From: Macrostomum lignano
Taxonomy: Eukaryota
Direction: 5' to 3'
DNA length: 64,000 nt
Assembly (NCBI GenBank): GCA_002269645.1
Contig: NIVC01000591.1
Span: 496,001-560,000, forward strand
Part shown: in pieces, positions 35,377 to 61,847 of the stretch
Layout: each line of letters starts with the position of its first letter
Position numbering within the stretch: the stretch's first letter is position 1
Made by a program: the position numbers and the translations under genes
Notes under the pieces: generated by a model
What the model saw: the letters and a program-made list of their open reading frames with translations, nothing else
Databases searched by the model: none
What the model was told of the DNA's origin: nothing

Positions 35377-35819
35377 TCATTCACTCATTCACCAAGTCAC
35401 TCATCAAAGAAGTAAGACTTCTTGAAATTCTGTTATAACTGATAACTGATAAGAGATTCCCACTTCCCTGTGCCTGACACGGAAAGCCATTCCAGCGCAG
35501 GACAGCTGCTTTTCGATCTGATCCGAAATTAAAACGCTATGAAGTGTCGGTTAAATTTCGGAAATCGACTGTCACGAGACTCCCGAAGCTTCATCAGTAA
35601 GGTAAATTAATCTAGAGGAAAACAGCTTCTTGAATCGAATTTCGATCCACTAGAAAGATTACTTTTGAGGCTGTTGATTCTACGGAAAAATAAAAGACGA
35701 AACAATCACGTGACCCCTTGCAGAGACACGAAACTCCAGTAACGAAATGCTTTCACGAAAAGCAGCAACTTACGGTTTCCAGCCTATGGGTAGGAGTGAG
35801 TGGATGACTGAGTAAGGAA

Positions 35820-36140
35820 GACTGCAACCCATAGACTGCAAACCAAGGACTGCAACTCATAGATTGCAACCCATACACTGCATACCATTGACTGCAAACC
35901 ATAGACTGCAGCCCATATGCTGCAAACCATTGACTGCAACCCATACACTGCAAACCATCGACTGCAAACCATAGACGGCAAACCATAGACTGCAACCCAT
36001 ATGCTGCAAACCATAGACTGCAACCCATACATGTAAATTGCAACCCATACACCGCAAACCATACACTGCAACCCATACACCGCAAACCATAGACTGCAAC
36101 CGATAAACTGCAACCCATTGGCTGCAAATCATAAACTGCA
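35820..36140. repeat. 14-bp minisatellite GACTGCAA(A/C)CCATA
   Basis: Direct reading. Confidence 0.92.
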
Positions 36141-36619
36141 AAACCAAAGACTACAAAAATAAAAAACGAGTAAAGTCCACAAGCCATAAAAGAATTTCCA
36201 CAATTTCCATTAACTAATTACCACAATTTTAGGCTTTTCTCTAACTTTGATTCCTCCGTCACATCAGTTTTAATTATTCGTACTCAAGATTGTATCGCAA
36301 GGTCAAGGATTTGAATGGAATTAGTGATACAACCGCAGTTTTAGCTGTATTGGACTGATCATTTTATTAAATGGAATGTTTTATGTTTATCTGCTTCAAT
36401 GTACTATTATAGGCTAACATGAGACATCGAGGGGCTTTCAGACATCAACAGCGAATCAAACCTTGGGCAGTAGGCTCGACTTTGATTCAAAAAGGAAACC
36501 TTTCATAATTGATCAATAATATAATATACAGATGTGAAATCTGTTTACGGAAAATACCTCACAGTCAACATAAGGATCAAGAAAACGGCACATGTTCTGG
36601 ACACTTCTAGTCCTTGAAA

Positions 36620-37341
36620 TTTTACCCCTTGAGATTCTACCCCTTGAGATTCTACCCCTTGGAGAGTCTACCCCTAGGAGACTCTACCCCTTAGAGATTC
36701 TACCCCTTGGAGATTCTACCCCTTGGAGATTCTACCCCTTGGAGATTCTACCCCTTGGAGATTCCACCTCTTGAGATTCTAACCCTTGGAGATTCTACCC
36801 CTTGAAGATTCTAGCCCTTGGAGGTTCTACCCCTTGGAGATTTTACCCCTTGGAGATTCTACCCCTGGAGATTCTACCCCTTGAGATTCTAGCCCTTAAG
36901 ATTCTAGCCCTTGAGATTCTAGCCCTTGAGATTCTAACCCTTGAAGATTCTACCCCTTGGAGATTCTACCCCTTGGAGATTCTACCCCTTGAAGATTCTA
37001 CCCCTTGGAGATTCTACCCCTTGGAGATTCTACCCCTTGAAGATTCTACCCCTTGGAGATTCTACCCCTTGGAGATTCTACCCCTTGAAGATTCTACCCC
37101 TTGGAGATTCTACCCCTTGGAGATTCTACCCCTTGGAGATTCTACCCCTTGAAGATTCTACCCCTTGGAGATTCTACCCCTTGGAGATTCTACCCCTTGG
37201 AGATTCTACCCCTTGGAGATTCTACCCCTTGGAGATTCTACCCCTTGGAGATTCTACCCCTTGGAGATTCTACCCCTTGGAGATTCTACCCCTTGGAGAT
37301 TCTACCCCTTGGAGATTCTACCCCTTGGAGATTCTACCCTT
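36620..37341. repeat. 15/16-bp minisatellite TTCTACCCCTTGGAGA
   Basis: Direct reading. Confidence 0.96.
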
Positions 37342-38210
37342 TGAAATTCCCACTATAAACTCAGCGATCCTTCAAATCCACTCCCTATGTTGTCAGGAGG
37401 AAGTCTTGTTCGAGAGTAAAACTGCTAATAATATCGCTCTGGTCAGTTGTCAAGGGACTGGCGGGTACTTGGCGTCGAACCAGTGAGCAACTCGGCATGC
37501 GTTTTTCCTCAGCTCAGAGCATCGGCAAATGGCTGGAGAACTCAGATCTCTGAGGCGGAGGGCAGCCAGACTGTCAGGACTATTGTCTTGACGCTTCCCC
37601 CCACCCGACTGCTTCCTCTTGCCTCCCCTGACGCGCACAAAAAGCCCTCTCAATCATGCGCTGAGAGTCAGTTGGGAGAGCTCAGCTCCTCCTGCCAGTA
37701 TAATTGAAGCATTTTCAATGCACACAGCTCAATCGGAGAACCTGTATGCGTTGCCTCAGCCCTGCTCGGGTTGGAAATTTGGAAATAAGCTCGCTGGGGC
37801 ACCGCCCTCCACACATTTTGCCCCCCCCCCGGTTAGCTGCACCTCAAGCTCTCGGGGTCCGGCGTGAGCTGACGGCTGCCCACCTCAACCCATGGAATCC
37901 ATAAAAGCTATCTGGGAAGCGAGAGTGTGTGGCTGGGGGGTTGGCCGGGGCTAAGTAAAGTTACTCTTTGACTTTCTGAGCATTGAGTACGTCAGGGCTT
38001 CAAGTGCGGAGGGATTGTAACGGAGAGAATTGAAAGGTTTTACAGGGGAAGGTGGGACGTTTAAGTGTCATGGGGGGCTGTTTGCAGTTTTGAATTGCCT
38101 TAGTAGAAAGTGGCCAACTCAGAGTTATGGGGGCTTCAATATCTGTGCTAGTGAAGTGCAGTTCAATGGCTTACTCGGTTTGATCTGCTGAGTCAATTAA
38201 AGCTTACAAT

Positions 38211-38503
<293 letters not shown>

Positions 38504-39864
38504 TTCCCAAAGTCAAGTCAAAGCTTTCGATACAAAAGTTTACAAGCGCCTAGAATTCTGAAACTTTTCCCGAACAGCTGGTGTGAAATCGGGGGTTGTT
38601 AAGCAGGGTTCCCAGTTTACAGACAAAATCTTGAAGGCTGTCGTGACCTCCCGATCGGGTTTTCAAATGTCAACCAAGAAAAACCATGGGCTACAGGAAC
38701 CTTGGAAAACATATTTGACAACTGTGAAACATTTTTTCAAATCATCTGCAGTACGAACTGGATATCCAGATGAAGTTGTCGCAACAGAATGAACCTGGAA
38801 ATGCGCAGTGACCTTGACTATATTTGTCACACTTTAAATTCAAACCTTCCCAAAATCAGCGCTGGCTTAATTAATGAATGACTACACCGGGACTACATTT
38901 CATATCTCCATCTCTAAATCTCCTAGTTACAGTTTCTGTCCATCTGAAATATTCCAATACATTTTTCTCGGAGTACTGATCCCCTCAGCCTGTCCCGTAC
39001 CCCCGGAGACGGATTTCATTCCCAAAGTGGGAAGGGAGATTCATCCCTCACGCACAAGCAGAGACTGAGCAACTGGAGCTTATAGGCTGGGTATTAGTGC
39101 TGGCCTCTTAATTTAATCAGCTGAGATAAAAATGAACTCAAACCCGCCGCCCTAGGGTGGACTTTGAACCCCGAATCGGCAGCCTCATTCCCCCCCCCCC
39201 CGACTTCCCTTTTCACTTCCTCATTTCCCCGCCACACACAGCGGCGCTACAGTGGTGTGTAGGCGGCCACCTTTGATGGCGAGTCTAATGAAAACTCTGA
39301 AAGGAGCTCGAGGTCTGAAAAAGACGTTTAATCTAGTCTGCCTGCTATATTAGTTAGTACTTTTATAATATGCAAACCGTGCCGACCTGTCTACTTTGTT
39401 TATCATGCGCAACTAAACGCTGGGTGTGCGCGAAATATTGACCAGGGGGTTGTCGTGCAACTTACGAAACGGCCATTATTACACCATTTGGCGACTCTAC
39501 CGGTAGATTCTTCCAATTGATAAGGGCAAGCATAATGCTATGATGTATCAAACTAATTAAAAGTTTATGACTGAGTTATACGTAGGCTCGCTAATTATCT
39601 TATCTAATTACTAGAAATTCAACTGCCCCTCGCCACGCTTAATCAATGTACAGCATACTCCCTGCCCAAATGACTAATCAGTTTACCCACCCCATCTCTC
39701 GTCCAATCAAATCAAATTTAAAGGTTTGAAATAATGAATGGCCGCTCAAATGTGTGTTCAATTGACAATGCGCTTGTAAAGTAGACTCAGCAACAGTCAA
39801 AAGTTCCATCCAAAGGAACAGACTGAGCCGATGCTGTTAGTTAACTGAAAAACCAGCTACAACT

Positions 39865-40066
39865 GCACACTCTGGGTGGGCCTTCCCGATTCCCCAGACA
39901 TGAATCCCATCGAGCATGTCTGCAGGGACTTCCTAAACCGCAGCATTCGAAAATAGAATCCACCACAGAATGTTGCGGAGCTGCGTCACGCCATTGAAAA
40001 CGCTTGGCAGCAGCTTCCCCAGGACGCGCCCAGGGATGCTCCGCAGAGGGGATCCCACACGCGTTA
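39865..40066 (+). pseudogene. Degenerate Tc1/mariner transposase C-terminal fragment
   Basis: (W)PSR/SPDMNPIEHVCRDFLNRSIRK*NPPQNVAELRHAIENAWQQLPQD...HTRY: SPDLNPIE motif, with a stop and indels. Confidence 0.8.
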
Positions 40067-41047
40067 TTGTGATTCTAACTGCATATTGCATAAAAAAATA
40101 AGTTCACAATGATTTTGTGCGACTGACGTTTACTATTGATTCAATCAACTTTCCCTTCCTCGCGGCGGCTTAGTTGCGTAACTTAAGGGTTGCATTGTGA
40201 GTGAGAAGTTGTCACAATAGGTGCAAAAATTTTCATCTTGCTTGGAGGATAAAACTTTTGACTGCTGCTGAGTCTATGTTGCGGAGTTTAACAGTGGCCA
40301 GAAACACTCGTGCGATCCATCATCGTCGCGCCATGTCGCCGACGGCGTTGCACCCGGGTGCCCGCAGTCATCCTTCGAACCTTAATGCTCAATTTTACAT
40401 CGTCCAATGCCCACTTGACCTTGACCTGTACCGGCTGGCCAGGTGTAGTGATAAAACTCAAGATAAGCCCGAGCACCCTGGCGGGAATCGGGTGGGCACC
40501 GGTTGTAAATCAAGTATTTATTCGAGCCGTTCGAGCTGCGACCCCCCCCCCACACACAAAAGAGTTATCTGATTTGCTTGCTTGCCGAGATTTTGCAGGC
40601 AACAGCTGAAATCTTGCGATTAAATTCCCAGATCCCCAGTTGCACTTCCTGTCTGAGCTGCATGCTTTTGCTTTGACTTGAGTCCTGCTGTCATTTGTAG
40701 TGGCCAGTGCGGCTCATGTTGCAATGAGATTTCTTGGTCCACTTGATATCGAAAAAAGTTTATCAATCACAATATTGCTTGTAACCAAATTTTGAAGTAA
40801 TAATTTGGGCCCGTGAAAATCTTCGTAATTAGATAATCTCAAATTGAAGATCTGACACTTACTGACACTTGATGTCAGAGGGAAAATTTCGATTTTGTAC
40901 CAATTTTTAATAAAAAATGATTGATAATGATGCATGACCAAAATTCGGAAGACTGAAGGACTAGAAAAGTAAGACAAGATGGGACACGCAAAATACAGAT
41001 ACTTAAGATACCATAAACATAAAGATGAGAAAGAAAGAAGACAATAC

Positions 41048-41820
41048 AGAGACACATCAGAGACACATCAGAGTTACATCAGAGATACATCAGACACACA
41101 TCAGACACACATCAGAGACACATCAGACACACATCAGACACACATCAAAGACACATCAGAGTTACATCAGAGATACATCAGAGACACATCAGAGATACAT
41201 CAGAGATACATCAGAGACACATCAGAGACACATCAGAGACACATCAGACACACATCAGAGACACATCAGACACACATCAGAGACACATCAGACACACATC
41301 AGAGACACATCAGACACACATCAGAGACACATCAGACACACATCAGAGACACATCAGACACACATCAGAGACATCAGAGACACATCAGACACATACTAGA
41401 GACAAAACAGAGACACATCAGACACACATCAGAGACACATCAGACACACATCAGAGACACATCAGACACATACTAGAGACAAAACAGAGACACATCAGAC
41501 ACACATCAGAGACACATCAGACACACATCAGAGACACATCAGACACACATCAGAGACACATCATACACACATCAGAGACACATCAGACACACATCAGAGA
41601 CATCAGAGACACATCAGACGCATACTAGAGACAAAACAGAGACACATCAGACACACATCAGAGACACATCAGACACACATCAGAGACACATCAGACACAT
41701 ACTAGAGACAAAACAGAGACACATCAGACACACATCAGAGACACATCAGACACACATCAGAGACACATCAGACACATACCAGAGACAAAACAGAGACACA
41801 TCAGAGACACATCAGAGACA
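41048..41820. repeat. 11-bp minisatellite GA(G/C)ACACATCA
   Basis: Direct reading. Confidence 0.95.
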
Positions 41821-42426
41821 GACCAGAGGCAGGAACGAGGGCAGATGAAGGTCTTACGGGAAGATTTAGAGATCGCAAGAGTGAAGCGATCGATACCGAA
41901 GACAGTGTTCTCAGATCACCCTATGCAGCTGAGAGAATGGTGCTAAGCCTATAGCTTGAAAAGGGCTGAAATTCTGCCACAAAGGACACTAAGAGACAGT
42001 CAGATTAAGAAGGTGGCGAGGAGCAGCGGGTAATACTGGGATTTGGGAAGCAGCCGTTTCATCTAGCAAAGGATTCGAATCCCCAGATCCATAGTGGCCA
42101 CACCCTTGGCAAATACGCGGCTGAGGACCTGCCGACCTCCCTAAGCCTGAGAGCTCCAATAGCGATTTTCGTCTAAAATATTTTTTATTAATTTAGAAGC
42201 ACAACCCACAGATGAGAAGAATTGAAAACAGATATACTGGCTTTGCATTTTTCTCTATTAAATTAGAAATGCCCATTCACCTTAATGAAAGGGGAAATTT
42301 CGATTGCAGTTTAATGGGGAAAGAATGGGATATAGCTGAGACTAGGGAGCATCTCCACTTTTATTAATTTACTAGTCATGTTATATAAATATAGTATAAA
42401 CACCGGTACATACCGCATGCTATCAA

Positions 42427-42688
42427 CTGGCGCCATTATCTACCTGTACAAGTGGCGCCATTTTCTACCTCTAAGACTGGCGCCATTATCTAACCTGTAT
42501 TTGAATGGCGCCATTATCTACCTATAATTGAATGGTGCCATTATCTATCTGTAATTAATTGACGCCATTATCTACCTGTAATTGAATGGCGCCATTATCT
42601 ACCTGTAATTGAATAGCGCCATTATCTACCTGTAATTGAATAGCGCCATTATCTACCTGTAATTGAATAGCGCCATTATCTACCTGTA
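42427..42688. repeat. 27-bp minisatellite GCGCCATTATCTACCTGTAATTGAATA
   Basis: ~9 copies, degenerate on the left. Confidence 0.92.
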
Positions 42689-43285
42689 AGAGAATTCTTC
42701 CTTTATTTCCCTAAGTACGTCAAAAAGCAGTTGCCCAGGGGAAGGAAAAAGGAAATTCGATTTCAACTTACAGTTTCGCTGCCAACGCAGAGCTGCAGGA
42801 CTTTCCAATTAAATAAACAAAGTTCGCTCTGCCCTATTAGCAGGCCGATCATTTCTGTCAGCAGTGAGCGGTGAGCTAATCTGTGACTAATTGAGTCACC
42901 TGACATTGCGAGCCATGCGCTCAAATCTGAAAGCTCTTTTTATTCCTGCTTAGCAAAGTGCTGGCAAATCCTGTTCTATGCTCGGTGGAAAGAAAGGGTT
43001 TTTTAATCCTCTTAGCCGTGCAGTAGGCGAACTTGAGGGGATTTTATTGGGCAGCCAATGGGAACTGAGCTGCCTCATTTTATTCCTCAGACCCAGGGCT
43101 AAAACATGCGCGGCGCTAGTGAAAACAGAACCTGCCTTCACAAACAATGAGACAATGAAAATTTCAATTTTACATTTGCATTGTCAGACAGACTGACTGG
43201 GTGCATTTCTGCCGGCTGTGGAACAACTGCAGTGCCTAGGGATTAATGAATGCAAATAATTAGTCCCTGTTCGACTAGGCTCTGT

Positions 43286-43632
43286 TCATCCCCATCCCTC
43301 AGATCCCTTTATTGCCATCCCTCAGATCCCTTCATTACCATCCCTCAGATCCCTTCATTCCCATCCCTCAGATCCCTTCATTACCATCCCTCAGATCCCT
43401 TCATTACCATCCCTCAGATCCCTTCATTACCATCCCTCAGATCCCTTCATTCCCTTCACTCAGCTCCCTTCATTCCCATCACTCAGCTCCCTTCATTCCC
43501 ATCACTCAGCTCCCTTCATTCCCATCACTCAGCTCCCTTTATTCCCATCACTCAGCTCCCTTCATTCCCATCACTCAGCTCCCTTCATTCCCATCACTCA
43601 GCTCCCTTCATTCCCATCACTCAGCTCCCTTT
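43286..43632. repeat. 23-bp minisatellite CCATC(C/A)CTCAG(A/C)TCCCTTCATT(A/C)
   Basis: Direct reading; two variant blocks. Confidence 0.94.
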
Positions 43633-44640
43633 ATTACTTCTCCTTGCTTCATTACTCTTCTTTCAAATCCCTTCTTCCCCAGCCCTCAGCCCCTTACTTG
43701 CAATTCTGCAAAAAAAACTAAACATTTGCTTCCCAGATTCACCCGAGCAGCTTCATCAACTCGGGCTCGGTCGCGCGTGCGCAAGAAGTAATGATAATTA
43801 CTGAGACGGACCGATTTGTCCATATTCGATGCGCCCGCAGGTGCCACACACCGCGGCTCTAATTGCTATAATTATTGCAGAGCCGCCCAGCTAGAAGAAG
43901 ACGCAGAAGGAAAACAGGCAGACTGAAAAGCAGAAAGAGGTACTTTCCTTGCTGCGCAGGTGGCAGCAGCCCGGTAATGCACTCGGAGCAGATGCGCTCA
44001 AGTGCGAGGCTTGTCATTTCGGCTGCCTTCGTCTCAACAAAACGAATAAGACACGGCAGGCGGAGCTCCCGATGTAAAAAGAAGAAGGAAAAGAAGAGAG
44101 GAAGAAGGGGGAGGCTGAGTGAGTTTGCGAGGCAGACAGAAAGACAGACAGACAGACAGACAAGAGGCTGCACTTGATTGATGGAGCGCCATCTGCATGG
44201 CGGTTACCGCCAGCATTTTCGCCGCAGCTGCTGGCTGAGCAGCCAGTCTTTATTACACGGGGAGGGGAAGCCCCATACATACTGAGGATCCGCTGCGGCT
44301 GGGAGGAATCTCCCCAGTCCAGACAGACGGCGGGGGTCGGGAAGGGGCGGCTTCAGAAGAGAAAGCAGACTGGTTACAAAGAAGTCGCGGTAAGACAGGA
44401 AAACCGACTGAAATTTACAGCCAGGGGTCACGCAAACCGGGAAGCAGCGAGAGCCGTAGAGTGGATACTGCGGCCTGTGCAGGAGGAATTAGGCCTGAAG
44501 AGGGAGTTAAAAGGCGAATTAGGACTCAAAAGCAGAATTGCCTACTCAAAGTTAGGCATGCAAATGAGACACGGTCAGCTGATGAACTCAAATTTGGATA
44601 GAGTTTAGGATCAAAGCAATAACGAAAGTGTTTATGAAGC

Positions 44641-44900
<260 letters not shown>

Positions 44901-45344
44901 CCTGGGCTCACACACGTATGAATCGCTAATTGCCGCACTCCTATTTGGACAGGTGGATCCCCGCTGCTTGGATAAAAATAGCTCCTAGTCTTCACTAATG
45001 ATAGGACGGACCAGTGCATAGAGAAGCTGACAAATGATGAGGTGAGCAGGGTTCTTTTCATCCGATATTATCTTGTCAGGGCTTCGAATTCGGGGTCTTC
45101 TGGGCATCGGGTGTCGCCAGACAGGTCAATGGCGTGTGTCTGGCTGGGTTTTCTTGTTCCAAATAGGCCTCTGTTATTGAACTAGTTATGTAGCTCGTAA
45201 TCATTGATTCACTTTTTATCGGGTTATGCGTGATAAGGACTAGCGAATATTCTATTTTCGATCGATATACATCCAGGGCTTTAGGCATGGGACTGAGTGT
45301 CTTGGGGACATATGAGGGTCACTTTGAGATCAAAAAAGGTCACG

Positions 45345-45959
45345 TGGAATCTTGTGGATCAATTGGAATCTTTTGGACCAGTTGGAATCTTGTGGATCAA
45401 TTGGAATCTTATGGACCAGTTGGAATCTTGTGGACCACTTGTAATCTTGTGGACCACTTGGAATTTTGTGGATCAGTTGGAATCTTGTGGATCAGTTGGA
45501 ATCTTGTGGATCAGTTGGAATCTTGTGGATCAGTTGGAATCTTGTGGACCAGTTGTAATCTTGTGGACCAGTTGGAATCTTGTGGACCACTTGGAATCTT
45601 GTGGATCAGTTGGAATCTTGTGGACCACTTGTAATCTTGTGGACCAGTTGGAATCTTGTGGACCAGTTGGAATCTTGTGGACCAGTTGGAATTTTGTGGA
45701 CCAGTTGGAATCTTGTGGACCAGTTGGAATCTTGTGGACCAGTTGGAATCTTGTGGACCAGTTGGAATTTTGTGGACCAGTTGGAATCTTGTGGACCAGT
45801 TGGAATCTTGTGGACCAGTTGGAATCTTGTGGACCAGTTGGAATCTTGTGGACCAGTTGGAATCTTGTGGACCAGTTGGAATCTTGTGGACCAGTTGGAA
45901 TCTTGTGGACCAGTTGGAATCTTGTGGATCACTTGGAATCTTGTGGACCAGTTGGAATC
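45345..45959. repeat. 19-bp minisatellite GGAATCTTGTGGACCAGTT
   Basis: Direct reading. Confidence 0.96.
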
Positions 45960-46300
45960 ATAATTATTGACTCGCGTCTATAACACAATCGCTGTGGTAC
46001 ATTTTAGCACAAATACTGAGGTTTACTTGCCCTTCTAATACCCCTCCCCCCCCTATCCCTTTCATGCAGATTCCGCCGTCGGATGATAATAAAATATCAC
46101 AAAGAACCCTGGGCAATCGCGCAGTCGTATCATTTTAAACCAAGTTTTATACTCCGTGCACACTTCCGCACTTGGGTTCTTACCCGGGCCAGTTAAAAAG
46201 TAACTCAGCAATTTTCTTTGTCAACTCTCTGCACCAATGCAAAAGAATTTCTCTCATCAACAGCTTCATAAATACTTCTGCAGAGCTTGAAGTCTTTTTT

Positions 46301-46822
<522 letters not shown>

Positions 46823-47462
46823 CCTATCTATCTTGTCGGGCTATATATCAGTGCCAGCAGCGTCACTTCCAGCCCCTCACCGGGCTACCCTCAGCAAAGT
46901 TTAGCTGCAATTTGCTGTCCAATTCACCGCAATGATCCCCTAGAATTGTCATCGCGCCACCCCCAAGTCAGCACCGCAGTTCCAGTGGAGCGGGCAGTCC
47001 GATCCAGACGCCTCGCAGAGCGGCATATAAACTACGGCATCCCCAGGGGAGCAGATCTGTTTATTGCCAAGGCTAAGAAGGCCTTAGAAGTGCAACTCCT
47101 AGCTCGGAAAGCAGTGCGTCTAGTGTCATAAGTCGGTTGGGAAAAACTTCGATTCAAAGACCTGCATTGCTGGCACGGAGGCGAAATACCAAACACGACT
47201 TTTTTGCGATTTTTTGAAATTCAATCTTTTGGGTAGAAGACAGATGGTGTCTCCGAGCGGCTGTGGAACGGGTAGCCTCGTGTCGGAATGCCATACTAGA
47301 GATATTGATCCGTGTTGAAGAAGTTAATGCAGCGATTTTCTAAGGTACGAGGGTAAATGATTGGGCTGAAATGCAACCAATCTGTGATGCTGAAACATGA
47401 TGTGGTTCTTGAAACGTGTCTTGACAAATTTCGGCATTTCTATATACAATACTAATTTTGCG

Positions 47463-47711
<249 letters not shown>

Positions 47712-47744
47712 ATAAATGATTTTTTTGAGAACCGTCTGGCCGAG

Positions 47745-47960
47745 AAAAAAACCGATATGTATTGAAAACTAACAAAACTGCAGAAAAAAACCGATATGTA
47801 TCGAAAAATATAAAACTGCAGAGGTAAAGCCGATATGTGTCGAAAACTAACAAAACTGCAGAAAAAAGCCGATATGTATCGAAAAATATAAAACTGCAGA
47901 GGTAAAGCCGATATGTATCGAAAACTAATAAAACTGCAGAAAAAAAGCCGATATGTATAT
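47745..47960. repeat. ~39-bp tandem repeat with alternating A/B monomers
   Basis: CCGATATGT marker at 47752, 47791, 47830, 47869, 47908, 47948. Confidence 0.9.
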
Positions 47961-48354
47961 AAAAAGATGAAACTGCCAAATGCGAGATGTATAGAATGAA
48001 TACAGAAAACCCTGCGATGAAAAATTCGATTTGGAAGTGCTGTATCAAATACTATGAATTTGAATGGCCCCTATAGGGGGCTTGGTGCGCTAGTTAGTCC
48101 TATTTTAGGTACAGTTTATGTCCTAGCTAAAATATGTAATTTTGTCAACAGCTCCATGTAACGACTGGGCTGTGTTTAAATTCAAAAAATGAACTCGCAG
48201 AAAGTGTAACTGACATTACTTCAATTGAAACAGGTCGTAAGCAGGAATGTTTGCCACCATTTCGAATGCTTATATGCTTGGTATGCGATTTTAGGTGTCA
48301 TTCCCTTTGAAAGGTTCGCCTTTATTTGGGCTTATAACTTGAAGGCTGATTGTG

Positions 48355-48600
48355 AGAGTGGAGGGAGAGGGGAGAGAAGAGAGAAGAGAGGAGAGAGGAG
48401 AGAAGAGAGATTAGAAACGGGTGAAGAGGGAAAAGAATGAGAGAGGAGAAAGAGAAGAGGAAAGAGAAGAGGGGATGGAAGAGAGAGAGAGAGATAGGGG
48501 GAGAAGAAATTGGAGAGATGAGAGGGGAGAGAAGAGAAGGAAGCGATGAGAGGGGAAAGGAGAGGGAAGAGAGCGATGGAGGAGTGCGCGGCGATAGGCT
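48355..48600. repeat. GA-rich polypurine low-complexity tract
   Basis: Direct reading. Confidence 0.85.
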
Positions 48601-49021
48601 GAGAGATTGAGATTTTTTAGTTTGGAGGGAGGTGGGAGGTCTAAGCGGGATGGAGGATGGGGAATCGCACAGCAGGGAGGTAAGCAGCAGAATTCGGCAA
48701 ACAGAAAACGGAGAGTGGAGCAGAGGTGAAGCACGGATGCGCAGAAGATACTTGCAATACTCGTAAAAGCAGAGATAGGTGAGCACGTGCCACAGAAATT
48801 TCTGTACCAGATGGCACCAGTTGGACAGCCTCATTTCCGAATTGATTCGAAAAAAGTCGCAATTTCCGTCCTCAAAGAAAATCGCAATCGATGACAGGTG
48901 GCTGATAAAATTCTCCCTCACACCATCTGCTCTCTGCCTTTGAAAGTCGTCGCCTCCAAGAAAGTTTTAACATTTTCTAGCGTCTTTCATCGATTTATAT
49001 TCGTACTACCACGAGTATTAC

Positions 49022-49272
49022 AATAAATAATAATATTTTATTACACCTGTCCAACCGGCAGATGTGCAACCGACGGCTCAGCCAAGGACTGGGGGGTTGC
49101 CACACACCGTCAGTTACCCCAGCTAATGCTGGCACCCATTTTACAGCTGGGTGAACTGAAGCAATGCAGAGCTACCCTGGTAAGTGTCTTGCTCAAGGAC
49201 ACAAATTATTCCGAGTGGGTCGAGAATCGAACCCCCGACCTTGCACTCTAACCACTGGGCTACAACCCCCGG
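49022..49272 (-). mobile_element. tRNA-derived SINE with CORE/MIR-like domain
   Basis: A box TAGCCCAGTGG (49252-49262), B box GGTTCGATTC (49224-49233), GTGTCCTTGAGCAAGACAC...CAGTTCACCCAGCTGTAAAATGGGT, A/T-rich tail. Confidence 0.78.
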
Positions 49273-49878
49273 CCTACTACTGTATTAGTCTGAAATTTAA
49301 ACATCTCAGTAAGAATACACTACTGTCCAGAATAGTCGTAAGTAGTATTAGTAGTATTTTGCTTGGGGGCTTTGCAGAGAGGAAAAAACTGCAGCTAAGT
49401 TTCGGGTACACCCGACCCAGAAACCTTTGCTGCGTAATAAATTGATAGAGTTGAAGTGGAGTGGCGTCTGAACAACTCGATTCGAACTTCACTGCCGATA
49501 CCAGCCGTATGTGTTTGGCGGGCTCCAATGTTTAATTCAGCTAAACCGCCAGAGGAACCAACCAGAAGACAGAAGTCAACCCCCCCTCAACGCCTTGGAT
49601 CGGAAACGAGAGAGTAGAGGGGTGGGCGGCGTATCTATCGTGTCTTTAAAACTGGTGGCACCGTGAGTGACCCTTGCGGGGCTGCAGTCAAGCGTGGGCT
49701 TCTCCGTTATCAACGTTATCACGCGAATTGAGCTGACCTGGCCAAGTGAAAAACTGCTCCAGAAACAAACACAAAGTCAGGTTTACGAAAGAGGCGGACA
49801 AATTCAAAGCAGTGTTGCTGGGCGGTTTGTTCAATATCTAGCATTGCTGCAGCGCTGATCAACAGGTCCAGATCGGCG

Positions 49879-61717
<11,839 letters not shown>

Positions 61718-61847
61718 GTTAGCTGCTTCTCTCTCTGCTGCTAGCACAACCCTGCCAAACCAAGGACGAAAAAATTGGGGGGAGGAGGCGCCCCCAGATA
61801 GGGTGGTAAAAACCATGGCGCCCATATTCCCAATTTTAGCTGAAGCT

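Noticed and set aside
49860-49878. Spliced-leader trans-splice acceptor (AACAG) just upstream of the laminin ATG
   Set aside because: An AG alone is not diagnostic; would need 5' cDNA ends
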